DNA of 62,775 nucleotides, the filler included, from Rhabdomonas costata (taxonomy: Eukaryota): NCBI GenBank assembly GCA_019059605.1. It is 30 parts of 30 records of this genome, joined end to end, with 100 filler letters (N's around TTAATTAATTAA, not from the genome) between each part and the next. Parts side by side here need not be neighbours in the genome. Positions count along the whole stretch, not along the records: positions 1 to 1,997 come from JAHMHO010006599.1; positions 2,098 to 4,094 come from JAHMHO010006600.1; positions 4,195 to 6,192 come from JAHMHO010006601.1; positions 6,293 to 8,289 come from JAHMHO010006602.1; positions 8,390 to 10,385 come from JAHMHO010006603.1; positions 10,486 to 12,481 come from JAHMHO010006604.1; 24 more parts are not named here. The stretch is one strand, 5' to 3'. A program made the translations under genes and the position numbers. How positions within the stretch are numbered: position 1 is the stretch's first letter; every line of letters begins with the position of its first letter. The notes under the pieces were generated by a model, which was given only the letters and a program-made list of their open reading frames with translations, was not told the origin of the DNA and searched no databases. Shown piece after piece: positions 1-10,550 of this stretch.

Positions 1-123
1 AAGGAAGATATACATTGTCAGTCTTGTGGTAAAAGAATTTGTACAGACTGTATTTATAGACTTGCAAATGTTTATGATTATAGATGCCCTATGTGCAGAC
101 AAGACCTTTTAGGAAGAGATTAA
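1..123 (+). CDS. 3' end of a RING-finger protein (5'-truncated; putative giant-virus gene)
   Basis: Frame 1 reads KEDIHCQSCGKRICTDCIYRLANVYDYRCPMCRQDLLGRD*, with CxxC..CxxC...CPxCR spacing typical of a RING C-terminal half. Absent from the supplied ORF track. Confidence 0.8.
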   Translation, partial: KEDIHCQSCGKRICTDCIYRLANVYDYRCPMCRQDLLGRD

Positions 124-173
124 ATGTATAAAAATTTTTAATTTTAATTTTTCATGAAAAGTTTTTTGAAAAA

Positions 174-227
174 TATATAGTAAAATTTACTTAAAGAAAT
201 AAGTATATATTTACTATATAGAAAAAA
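174..227 (+). promoter_or_regulatory. Intergenic hairpin/promoter cassette, copy 1
   Basis: TATATAGTAAA (174-184) pairs with TTTACTATATA (210-220); inner TACTTA (188-193) pairs with TAAGTA (200-205); 189-227 matches 1261-1299 at 38/39 nt. Confidence 0.7.
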
Positions 228-253
228 TTATTTTCTTAATAAATAGTATAGAA

Positions 254-1225
254 ATGTCAGTTGTAATTGTTAATTCAAATGTTGTAGTAACAACTTCTTA
301 TACTTTTGATATATTATATGATACCAGTGTATCAATGGAACTTAATCAAAAGTCACATTTTATAAAAAACTGGGAGATTGATGAATACATAATTGATGAT
401 TATCTTATATCTAGATTTGAGACTAGTGAACACATGGACAATTCTGAATTCAAAAATGAAAATGAAGAACTACTTTTAAAACATAAACGATGTGAAAAAA
501 TACGTAAATTGTTACCAGTTGATACACCGAATGGTTGGACTGGAGAAGAAGGTTTTGTGTATGATCATAGTAATACGATTGAAAAAATGTTAAGAAAAGA
601 TTACGAACATAAAATGATACAAATAAATGAAAAACTGAATCCATTTTTAAAATCATCATTCGATAAATCATTGGAAATTTTTGATTTAACAAAAAAATAT
701 TTTGAAGAAATTGAACCATTAGCTAACGAATATAATAAAGTTGTAAAAAAATTAAATAATAAAAGAAGAAAAATTTTAACCTTACATTATATATCAAAAA
801 AATATACTTTTAAATTTGGTAAGTATAAGGGTCAAAATATGAAAAATGTGTGTGAAGAACACGGTGAAAGATCAATAATTAATTATATTAATTGGTGTTA
901 TACACAATTATCTTTATTTGGGAAAGATTTTGAATACTTCAAATTAGTAGACAAATTTAATAAAATATTCCCAACAGATGAAGATTTGAATAAGGCTAGA
1001 CTATATGAAGATTTAAAATATCATCGTTGTTATAATAATGATGATGTGTATTGGCAATTTGATGAATTAAATCAACTACAACAACTACAATACAAATATC
1101 AATTATACAATATTTTTTGTAAAAAGTATTTAGAAAAAAAAGCAATTTCAAGTGCATTTTACATACTAAATAACTACTATTTAGTTCCCTATGACATCAC
1201 AAATCTGTTGAAAAAATATTTTTAA
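254..1225 (+). CDS. 323-aa hypothetical protein with an FGKYKG...YxxW module (exodeoxyribonuclease X-like C-terminal / DUF3820-type); putative giant-virus gene
   Basis: Long intronless ORF in very AT-rich DNA; motif YTFKFGKYKGQNMKNV...NYINWC follows a coiled-coil-like stretch. Confidence 0.8.
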   Translation: MSVVIVNSNVVVTTSYTFDILYDTSVSMELNQKSHFIKNWEIDEYIIDDYLISRFETSEHMDNSEFKNENEELLLKHKRCEKIRKLLPVDTPNGWTGEEGFVYDHSNTIEKMLRKDYEHKMIQINEKLNPFLKSSFDKSLEIFDLTKKYFEEIEPLANEYNKVVKKLNNKRRKILTLHYISKKYTFKFGKYKGQNMKNVCEEHGERSIINYINWCYTQLSLFGKDFEYFKLVDKFNKIFPTDEDLNKARLYEDLKYHRCYNNDDVYWQFDELNQLQQLQYKYQLYNIFCKKYLEKKAISSAFYILNNYYLVPYDITNLLKKYF

Positions 1226-1228
1226 AAA

Positions 1229-1299
1229 CTATATAGTAAAAATATACTTATAAAAAAAAGACTTAAAGAAATGAGTATATATTTACTATATAGAAAAAA
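1229..1299 (+). promoter_or_regulatory. Intergenic hairpin/promoter cassette, copy 2
   Basis: CTATATAGTAAA (1229-1240) pairs with TTTACTATATAG (1282-1293) with inner ATATACT/AGTATAT; begins 4 nt after the stop at 1225. Confidence 0.7.
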
Positions 1300-1325
1300 A
1301 ATTTTCTCATATAAAAATATACATA

Positions 1326-1997
1326 ATGTTTTCAATAAAATCTAAGCTTAATATAAGTGACGGTGATATGAATAGTATTAATAAAAACACACTTGAATTT
1401 AAAAAATTATTAAAACCAATAGCACAACAGATCAAAGAAAAAAATAAAATTCAAAATGAACAACTTAAGGAATTACGTAAAAATAAAAAAGATATATCAC
1501 AGAAACTTGTTGAAGAAAGAAAAAAATTAAAAGAATTACATATTAAAAATACAGATTTAACAAATGAACTAAAAAATAGAAAGAAAGAACTACAAAATGA
1601 AATAAAATCACATCCTAAATATATTTCTGATCAACTTAAAAGACAGAAAAAACGTACTAGAGATTTATATCAGGAAAAGTTACGAAAAAAATTAGAAATT
1701 CAAAAAAAACGAAAAAAAGAAAAACAAGAAAAAAGACAAAAAAAACAAGAAAGAAAAAAGAAATATGAAGAAAAACATGGGTCAAAACAGACAGAAGAAG
1801 ATTTATATTTTCAGATGATGCCACCACATGATCAAGAACTACATGATGAAATAATAATACCAAACATAAATTATATTCGTACAAAATATGCAGATCAGAA
1901 TATAGCATTATTATATGCGAATAAAGAAAATAGCGTTAGAAATACAAAATATTTCACTCAAAAATACAAAGATATCACATCTATATTTTTTAATAAT
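1326..1997 (+). CDS. Lys/Glu-rich coiled-coil hypothetical protein, 3'-truncated; putative giant-virus gene
   Basis: Open from ATG 1326 to the contig end with strong K/E/Q bias; preceded by the same upstream cassette as ORF 254. Confidence 0.8.
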
Positions 1998-2097
1998 NNN
2001 NNNNNNNNNNNNNNNNNNNNNNNNNNNNNNNNNNNNNNNNNTTAATTAATTAANNNNNNNNNNNNNNNNNNNNNNNNNNNNNNNNNNNNNNNNNNNN
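1998..2097. other. Artificial contig spacer N44-TTAATTAATTAA-N44 (first of 29, recurring every ~2.1 kb up to 60682-60781)
   Basis: Identical 100-bp block with stops in all six frames separates 30 segments of nearly equal length; composition and gene content change abruptly across it. Confidence 0.99.
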
Positions 2098-4196
2098 CCA
2101 GTGATGGCCACATTACCTCTTAGACATCTGCCGCAAAGCACTCATATAGACTCCCAAACACCACCCTCTTCAACCCACCTCAGAAGGGGTCAGGCACCAG
2201 TTGGAACATGCACCAACATCAACGTCTGCTTTCGTATAGTGGTACCCACAACCGCGGCAGAGACTGTGCTCGGGCACCGACGGCGCTCAAAGAGTCTTCA
2301 TATTGGCTGGGAAAAACGCTGTTTACGTGGGTTTCTACCTAATTCCTCCGGAAGCAATGTGAAATGCTGAGGAGTTTCAGTCTCAGTCTCAGTCCGCTCG
2401 AAGGCCGATCTCAATAACACCCAAAACAACCCATTGTCCATCCAAACGCACCTTTTTGCGAAGAGCCAGCATGCTCGTAGAAGTATCGGGGCCCGAGGGA
2501 ATCCACGAGGGACCACTCCGGTGAACAGAGAGGCACCTTCATCGGAGCCGAACGGTCGCCTCAAAAGATAAAAACAAGGTTATCTGTTCCTCAGCCTTCA
2601 AGAAGAATAGAGTTACGGGGGATGCTGCTCCCCTCACAATACGTATTGAGAGCAATGGCAAGCCTGCCCTTTGATGACGCTTTTAAAAGGTGAGTTTCTG
2701 AACATACGTTGTGGTTGCCGTAGATAAACCCTCCGAAGATAAAAAAGGAAGATCCGCCAGGGGGCAAGGGCGGGTTCCGGCCTGAGGGTGCAAGGACCAC
2801 CACGCAGCGTTTCGTGAAGCCCACTGTGCATAGAAAAAATCCCAGCCCTGCTTCGCCCTGCCCTCCAAAACTGTTAAACTGTTGGGTTCCTTGTTGGTGT
2901 TGGTGGTGGTATCGCTTGTGCTGCAGTGGGTTCGTCGTGCTGTGGTTTCGAGTGCTGTGATTGGGTTTACGGGTGCGCGGGTTTCGGATACGGGGTTGGC
3001 CTTCACATTTATGTGTTTGGGGTTGGACATGAGGGTTCGTGCGCTGGATCTTTGTGCTATGGGCGCTGCTCTTCCTCCTTCTTCCTCTGTCACATTTTGC
3101 GATGTGAAAAAGGTAACAAAACGCAATATTCCTGGCCCTTGCCGATTTCCTTTCCCACATTTAAGACCTCCTGTGGTGTCACTTGAGTTGAAAGCGGTGT
3201 CGGTGTTCCATATTTGTGAAAATGAAACCCCCGCTAGAGTTTCCAGGATACGATCAATTTGTCTCCATCGGTGTGCATTTTATCTTATCGCTCTCTCTTC
3301 ACTCCTCAAATGCTGCATTAAAACTCATGATGTACGGGAGAAGGAGGGGTCACGGGACGAAGACACACAGACAAAAACACACCTCGCGAAGCGGAGCTCC
3401 CTCTGCAGGGCAAGAAAGAAAAGCCTGTATCCGTGGTCTCGTGGGCGCGCTTGACCTGAGAGGTAATAGGTTGGAACCACAACTGATTCCTACCAGACTT
3501 TAAGGAGCAAACAAAAGTCGCTAACAATCGCGAAAGGAACAGCAGGATCCTGCAAAATATTGAAACAACCAAAACGAAGAATAAAATACCTTAAGCCTAA
3601 CTTCACTGCCAGAACCCAAAACACTGTCAAGTTTCATCCACCCGTCAGACCGCTGTAAGACAAAAAAAACCAGAAAAGATCTTATGGCGTTTAAGCCTGC
3701 GCTGTCCGCTTAGACGATAGGAAATCATAACCCTTCTTCTTTTTACCCTCGCCTGGCACTCTCGAAAAAGCATCCAACTCGAGACCGCACGGAGACATTG
3801 AACACCGTCTAGTGCGATGCAGAGATGAAGAGCCCATCTTGAAGGATGCGGATGAAGCCAAAAAGACGTATTCTATAATCAGTCATGGTTGCATTTTCGC
3901 AGAGAAACAGACAGGACGGTTGCCCAGCACGGGCCCGCAGTCCAGGCTATTTAGACAAGTGGCATCCAATTTTCTTCGCGTAGGAACACAGCCACACGTA
4001 CTGCCACCTCTTCGCAGAGAACAAGGCACTCGGTCTCCAGCTTTTCGGCGCGCTCTCTGTGAACGAGGCCCTTACCCGGCACTGCACCCACACANNNNNN
4101 NNNNNNNNNNNNNNNNNNNNNNNNNNNNNNNNNNNNNNTTAATTAATTAANNNNNNNNNNNNNNNNNNNNNNNNNNNNNNNNNNNNNNNNNNNNCC

Positions 4197-5926
4197 CCGA
4201 AGACCCTTCCACAGCGACCAGTTGCAGATACGTTGGAAGATATTTTCAGACAGCTGAATTTGGGTAGGGGACCGTTGGTGGAATCTCACAGAGGATGTAA
4301 TGCACAGCAAGGGACCTGAACCACAATGACAGGGGTTTTCATAGCCACGCCCTCGACTTCCACAGAGAGTGCAGTGCCCAAGGCGGCTCCAGAGGCAGTT
4401 CCTAATTTGAGTTCGTCTTGTAAATACCCAGTGTTAGACAATCCAGAGAGTGTTATGGTGATTAACATGGAGTTTATAAAATGCTCGAGTGAGGTTTTTG
4501 AATCCAGAGTTCCACATGATCAGGCCGTTACATGGATAAAGGCAGAGGAGCTGTGTACATATGGAGTACTTTGAATTATCCGCGTGCGAATTGGGACTCG
4601 CTTTTTTGGTGTGATAAGAACTTCAGTAACACAAGGCAAGGGTGGACTTTTGAGCAGTTTGTTTCTCTTGCAGAGTACCATATGAGTGGGAAAAAGCCCT
4701 GTTGGACAGTGATGTTTCCGAGAGAGTGGGTGTGGGTTTACAGTGTTCCAGAGGGAGATAACGTTTACTTTGCCGTCTACGACGTGCACCCCATGATCAG
4801 TGCGAAACATTACCTGTCCAGACCCTGGTTTGATGACCCATCCAGAGTGATTAACGAGGTGGACCGGAGTTGTTGGTGGTACGCAGAGAACAACGTTCAC
4901 CAGTTAAGATACAGTCCAGGAGAAGCGGGTACAACTTTTGGGCAGTTTTTGCAGAGATTGAAGTCGAAGGTGCGGACGATGAAGCCGGATAAGTTAATGG
5001 TTAAGAGAAATCCAGAGGAGGAGGAGTTGCTGAGCAAATATTTCTAGTTGGTAGGACTTCCAGACCATCCGCCGATAGTGGTATGCCCCAGAGTAAGAGT
5101 GAAGCAGCCAGGTGCGTTGTCTTCAGAGGTCCAGAACAAAGTGTTGCATCCATTCAAGTTTGCTGTGAGGACTACAAACCCATGTCACTTGGTACAGCAT
5201 GTGGAGAATTCACGTTTCCAGACAGAGGACAAGGTGGACAACTGTGCCGTTGTCGAGTGCTTGTATTACTCAGTGTATGGGTTGCCAGGTTCCAGAGTGG
5301 TAAGTTTCACAAATGACCGTTACCCGACGTTTATCAGACACTTTGCCCTTGACGAGAGGAGGTCCATTCCACAGAATCCAGGGAGCGGAGAAGACTTGCT
5401 GAGCAAGTGCCTAACATATTTTGGACCCCCACCTGGTTGAGGTTCTAGAGAGTTGCACAGAGCCGGAGAGTTTCATAGATAGAAGATCCTTTCCACAGAT
5501 GGTGTTGATCAGAGCTGAGGTTTTGCGACCGTTTCCAGAGATGTGCTATGCGGATTGTGATTACAGATGTGCGTGCGGTTGGGTGGTGTTTCCAGATGGT
5601 ATGTGGCGTGTTTCCAGAACTTGTTGCGTGATGTGATGTCTTTCCAGAGGGTGTGTTGTCCGCGTGTTGCAAAGAGAGTGAAGGAGATCTGGTGGAGAGA
5701 TGTTCCATGGGACGATTTTACACAGGTGATGTTCAGAGCTGGACCGTAATGAGTGATCCGCCGTCGCCCGTCTGTTGGGACGTTCTCCGTACTAGCAGGG
5801 GAGCGTGTAACGGTCCAGGTCACCAAGGTGTTCCTCATACCAGAAGAAGATAGCCATGACATCAAGGTGTTTCAAGAGACTAGTTTCCAGAGGTTTCATA
5901 CAGATTCCAGAGAGCCGACAAGGTGA
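4197..5926 (+). pseudogene. Decayed intronless coding region of unknown family (candidate endogenous viral or mobile-element remnant)
   Basis: Consecutive + strand ORF pieces (4197-4574, 4532-5047, 5048-5440, 5421-5636, 5567-5749, ~5753-5926) link through single in-frame stops or short frameshift overlaps; no exon/intron pattern; TCCAGA-rich. Confidence 0.45.
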
Positions 5927-6292
5927 GCGGAGACGGATCTCAGCCTCTCGTGAGCCAGCTCCTGGCCAAGCGCTAGGTCAGGCTACCTATTCACAGCTGG
6001 GCAAGAGAGCAAAGCAGATTAGGGCCAGGTGAGAGATGGATGGCCGACAGAGTGACAGTGGTGGAAGACCCAGGGTGAGACAGAGAGCCAGGCCACGGGA
6101 GGGAGGCCGCATGGAAGGGGAATGCGTGCACACAAACCGACTGCAGCGATTCAGGTGGTATGTTTTCGGAGTTTTTCAGAGGAAGAAGGATGNNNNNNNN
6201 NNNNNNNNNNNNNNNNNNNNNNNNNNNNNNNNNNNNTTAATTAATTAANNNNNNNNNNNNNNNNNNNNNNNNNNNNNNNNNNNNNNNNNNNN

Positions 6293-8289
6293 GGGTGTGT
6301 GGGGGAAGGTGCCGATCCCAAGCTGAGGACCCACACACAACGTCAACACGTCAGCAAGAGGGCCCAGATGTTGGGATGTTCCCTGCGCTGCCTTCCACCA
6401 CCTTGATGCATGGTACAGTAAGATGTTTTTGCCCCCCCCCCCTTGCCTTTACAGGTTTGGTTTTGCCGTTTTTGCCTGCATGTGTCTATGCCTACGCTTG
6501 GAAGGTCCACTTTTTTTTCTGCACTGGCTTTAAATCGGGCTTGGCCTGGAACTGTGGGTTGGCACAACGTCCGCATTGTATATGTTGTTGGTTGACTTGG
6601 ACAAGATGATACGCAGCGAAATTAGTGGTGGTCAGCCATTGGAATAGGTCATAGCCGTGTTAGCCCATTGGTGGTGGTGGTGGCGGTACTATATCGTATC
6701 AAGAGGGAACTCATGGATGACGTCACTAATTGTATGAGGATTGTTTGAAATGGTGCATCAACATTTGCAGCTGCACAGAATCAGATTGTCAAGGAAGTGT
6801 AATGTACAAACCAGTTTTCTTATTGTTCAGAGTCGCCTTGCTTTCAGTGGTTCACTTTTTTCTAGGAGTGGGGAGGAGAAAAGCTTGCGCTTTTGGTACA
6901 GTTTCACATTTGAAACATTTGGCTTTATTTTTCTTTTCCAATTGTTGCACCGTTTCAACCGTTTGGTTACCACTGGTTACCATCTTCGCATGCCTCCATC
7001 ATTTCCCAGGAAACACAGGTGAAGCGTGATCCCGTGCAGGCCTGCCCTTCGCCCGCCTGTGCCCGCACGGTCCAGCGGCACCCCGACCTCCGGCATGCTT
7101 TTCAGCGCGCCCTAAAGGCTGTTGTAAAGGATTTGTGGGTGAAGGGGTTGAGGTCAGAAGAGCTGGGATTTTCATAGCATGTTCCGGCAGGCAAATACTC
7201 GGGTCCCGACGTGGTGATGGCGAGTCGAGAGGTGGGTCGTGGGTCGTGTGGTTGACGTCGGTGCTGCGTGGGGAGTGGGTCCGTGGGTCTGGGTTGTGTG
7301 TCTGTGGGTTGGGGTGACGTGGGCTGGTGGGTGACGGTGGAGGGTGCGTGCTGCTGGTGAGGCACGGTGAGGATGCGTGGCTGAGGGCGTTGGGTCAGGT
7401 GGTGGTGGTGTTGGGTACGGTGGGTTGCGTGGAGGGGCTCGGTGGTCGGTGGGTTCCTTGCGTCGGTCTTTGCATCCGGGGCCTGGGTTCGTGTCTTGGG
7501 GTCTGGGGTTCGTGTCTTTGCTTTCGGTCTCGGTTTCGGTCCATGCCATAGCCTCGCATCCATCACTAGGACTTTCCTCTGACGCCAAAATACGCCAGGT
7601 ATCTCACTGCTGCTCCTACGTTACGTATGGTCAGCTAACACGTGGTTCCAGGATCGCTGAGGTACAACGTGGATCGAGCGCCTCGGTTCAACTTCACCAC
7701 ATGCGTCCATGGGTTACTGACCTCGTGAGCATCTTCGTTCCGTACTTGTCACCGTGTACAAGTGTACTGTGGCTACAATGATCCGCTTCGATCGTGCGTG
7801 CAAGCTTCGGACCGCATCCTTATCGAGTCACGCCGTCTCAGTCGTTCACCTTCACCGTATCCTGCACATGGAGCTCTTTCTCGTTCGTCAGCCCGGTCTC
7901 ACTACTCAACCTCTCACGCTAGCGGTGGATCCTGATGGAGGTGAGCTGTCCCGGTTAACCACGCGTGGCAATGACCGACAGCCTCCAGTGGTTGGGTGCC
8001 CGAATGGTTCGTGGTGAAGGATACGGCCATGTGTTTGGTGACCGTACGCAGTGGGCTAAGGCCACTGCTGTATGCACTCCACTCTCCCCGCTAGGGTACA
8101 CTCCCTTCTGTTGGAGTTGGAGGGTAAGACATACGCGTAGACAACCTCCGTTGATGCTCAGGAAGGGTGAGTGAGGGAAGGTGCCGATCCCAAGCTGAGG
8201 ACCCACACACAACGTCAACACGTCAGCAAGAGGGCCCAGATGTTGGGATGTTCCCTGCGCTGCCTTCCACCACCTTGATGCATGGTACA
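6293..8289. repeat. Contig with ~125-bp terminal direct repeat (unit ~1872 bp; tandem unit or circle)
   Basis: 6303-6417 is identical to 8175-8289; the preceding 10 nt match 8/10. Internal GGGTC/GTG-rich low-complexity tract at ~7200-7545; no credible ORF. Confidence 0.85.
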
Positions 8290-10358
8290 NNNNNNNNNNN
8301 NNNNNNNNNNNNNNNNNNNNNNNNNNNNNNNNNTTAATTAATTAANNNNNNNNNNNNNNNNNNNNNNNNNNNNNNNNNNNNNNNNNNNNGTGTGTGGGTC
8401 AGAGAGGTCCTTTCTCCACGGGTGGTTATTTTCTAATACTGGAACTGTCGTGCAAGGCAAGTACGGGGCCGGCTTCTCATCACTTGATGGTTGCCACACG
8501 CATTTGTCTACCGACAGCCGGGTCCGCAAGCGGTGAGCTCGGCATTGAGCATCAACACGCTGCCCTTTTTCTGGAACAGATGGACCCATCACACGTAAGA
8601 ACAGTTCCACCGCGCAGCGCTCGCGGCATGGTGCGGGAGCGCTTGACCTCAACTGTACCTCAAACCTGAATACCTTGGGTAAACTGCGCCCGCAACGCAA
8701 AGACTGCCAAAAGCCATCCACACTGAAGATCCCATTCTTTCCAATACACTTTCATTTCGGCAAAATGCGCTGTCAGGATAAGCGCGTTACGTCTACCGGC
8801 ATTGAATGAGTTGTAAAGAAAAGACAGTAAAAGGAAAATTTGGACGTTACCACACTGGGGACTCCAGTTGCCGTGAAGGTGGCGTTCTTGAACATCGCAG
8901 GTGTAAAGGTTGAGCAGTCCTGTATGACGCAAGTTTCAACAATGATTCAAAAATCAGCGACCCTCCTTGCTTGCAGGGTGAACCAAACCCTCGAACACAG
9001 CTGCAGCACACCAATCTTGCGTGAAAGTTGCACTTAAAAAGGAATGACGGCATATTGAGAGCTTCGGTATGCTTCAAGGGCGCACTGCTGGTGTCCACCA
9101 TGAAAAAACCCCAAGATTCCATTGCCAGCAAGAACAAAACTGGAGGGAAAGGCTACAATGAGACAACGAAGGAGTATACCATCTACGAGTGATGTGCGTT
9201 GAGCGGCGATGTGTTGCACAGGGTGTGCAGCGCAATGGAAGCACATCGTTTTTTAGGCTCTTGGGACACAGAACAACTCAATAGGAAAGGATGAAAATCG
9301 GGGGGGGGGGGGCAGTCCTCACTTATGCACAATGTGAATGCATTATCGTGCCCTGGCGTGATTCCATTCGTCCACGATCAAGCGCACCCTTCGCACCCTT
9401 CCTTCCTGCATGCACTTAGCGCACCAACCTGGGAAAGCTGGAAGGTAAGTTGAGAGCCGGACTGGTTGGGGGCACCAACGATGAAGAGGAAAAGGTAGCA
9501 GAACGGCAAGCCGTTCAGTACCACGTTAGACGACGACACGGTGCACTGGTAGGAGCCGACAATGCTGAGGCTGGGATCTGCAAAAATAATGCCTGCATCA
9601 CAAGTCAGACGGTTCTCTTCGTGCAGAATTTGAACAAAAAACGCGTAAGATGTTGAAGGCACTGCAGTTGTGCGCCTTTTGAGACCGAATTGCGGCCTCG
9701 CGGCATTGAAGCCATCGTATTTTCATCGAGGGTAAAGAATAGCAGTGGAACCCAGCACCTCACCACCAGTGATGTACTGCAACAAAAACCGCGTCCAGAA
9801 TAATCGTTGCGATAATCTTTCCCATCTTGCTGAGGTTAATAAAACCGACCAAACACGTTTAAACCAAACAGATTCGTAGGGTTTATGTCCCTGCATACTG
9901 ATATGCGCGTATCGGTGGTGTGCGTTTTCTTTTCAGCAAAACGCAGCAGTATAGCTAGCTTTATGGATGCTTCAGAAGCATGAGGATCAACCTGCACACG
10001 GTTCAGGGATGGCAGTTCGGATTCACGGGGAAATGAAGAAGGAAAGCACAACTATTTTTCATGAGAAGCCCAAGCTGACAGCTGAGGGTAAAGTCGAAGC
10101 AGGCCCGGGGCTTTTCAATGTGCAAAAGGAACTCCTGAAACGCTATATAGCCATTCCCTTCACCCCCAGGCCGTGCTCTTTCTGTCCTGCCTAGGTCCTG
10201 TAGAGGAGGTCCCTGGACTGCCGCAATACCACGCCACGTTTGGTGGTAGGCCAAGATTGGAAGTCGTAATTGTAATCGTAAATAGAAAGGGAAAAGCTAC
10301 CCAGCCAGAGTCGGCGCAGAAATGAAAAACAACATGGCCCGCTTCACATTACAATGAG

Positions 10359-10385
10359 ACACAACAACCCAACCACACCCAACAC
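10359..10385 (-). other. Residual whole-genome-amplification primer (GenomePlex-type universal tail plus 10 G/T bases)
   Basis: Reverse complement is GTGTTGGGTGTGGTTGG-GTTGTTGTGT, one mismatch from TGTGTTGGGTGTGTTTGG (as I recall the primer), right at the contig end; second copy at 52273-52300. Confidence 0.8.
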
Positions 10386-10550
10386 NNNNNNNNNNNNNNN
10401 NNNNNNNNNNNNNNNNNNNNNNNNNNNNNTTAATTAATTAANNNNNNNNNNNNNNNNNNNNNNNNNNNNNNNNNNNNNNNNNNNNACTTCCTAATGTAAA
10501 AAGGGAAAGACATTGTTCCAGAGAAAGACCTTCGTTCACCCCAGGCGCAC

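Noticed and set aside
4197-5926. Alternative genetic code (stop reassignment) to explain in-frame stops
   Set aside because: The interrupting stops are of different types (TGA, TAG, TAA) and frameshifts also occur; decay fits better.
7102-7781. Pro/Thr-rich and Gly/Val-rich ORFs on both strands
   Set aside because: By-product of a low-complexity G/T-skewed tract that lacks stops; no domain or exon signals.
8390-10358. Several 60-130-aa ORFs that might be transposon remnants
   Set aside because: No recognisable motif or consistent exon structure; left unannotated (same for most of 12582-16620, 21030-22860, 25161-27155 and 33650-35536).
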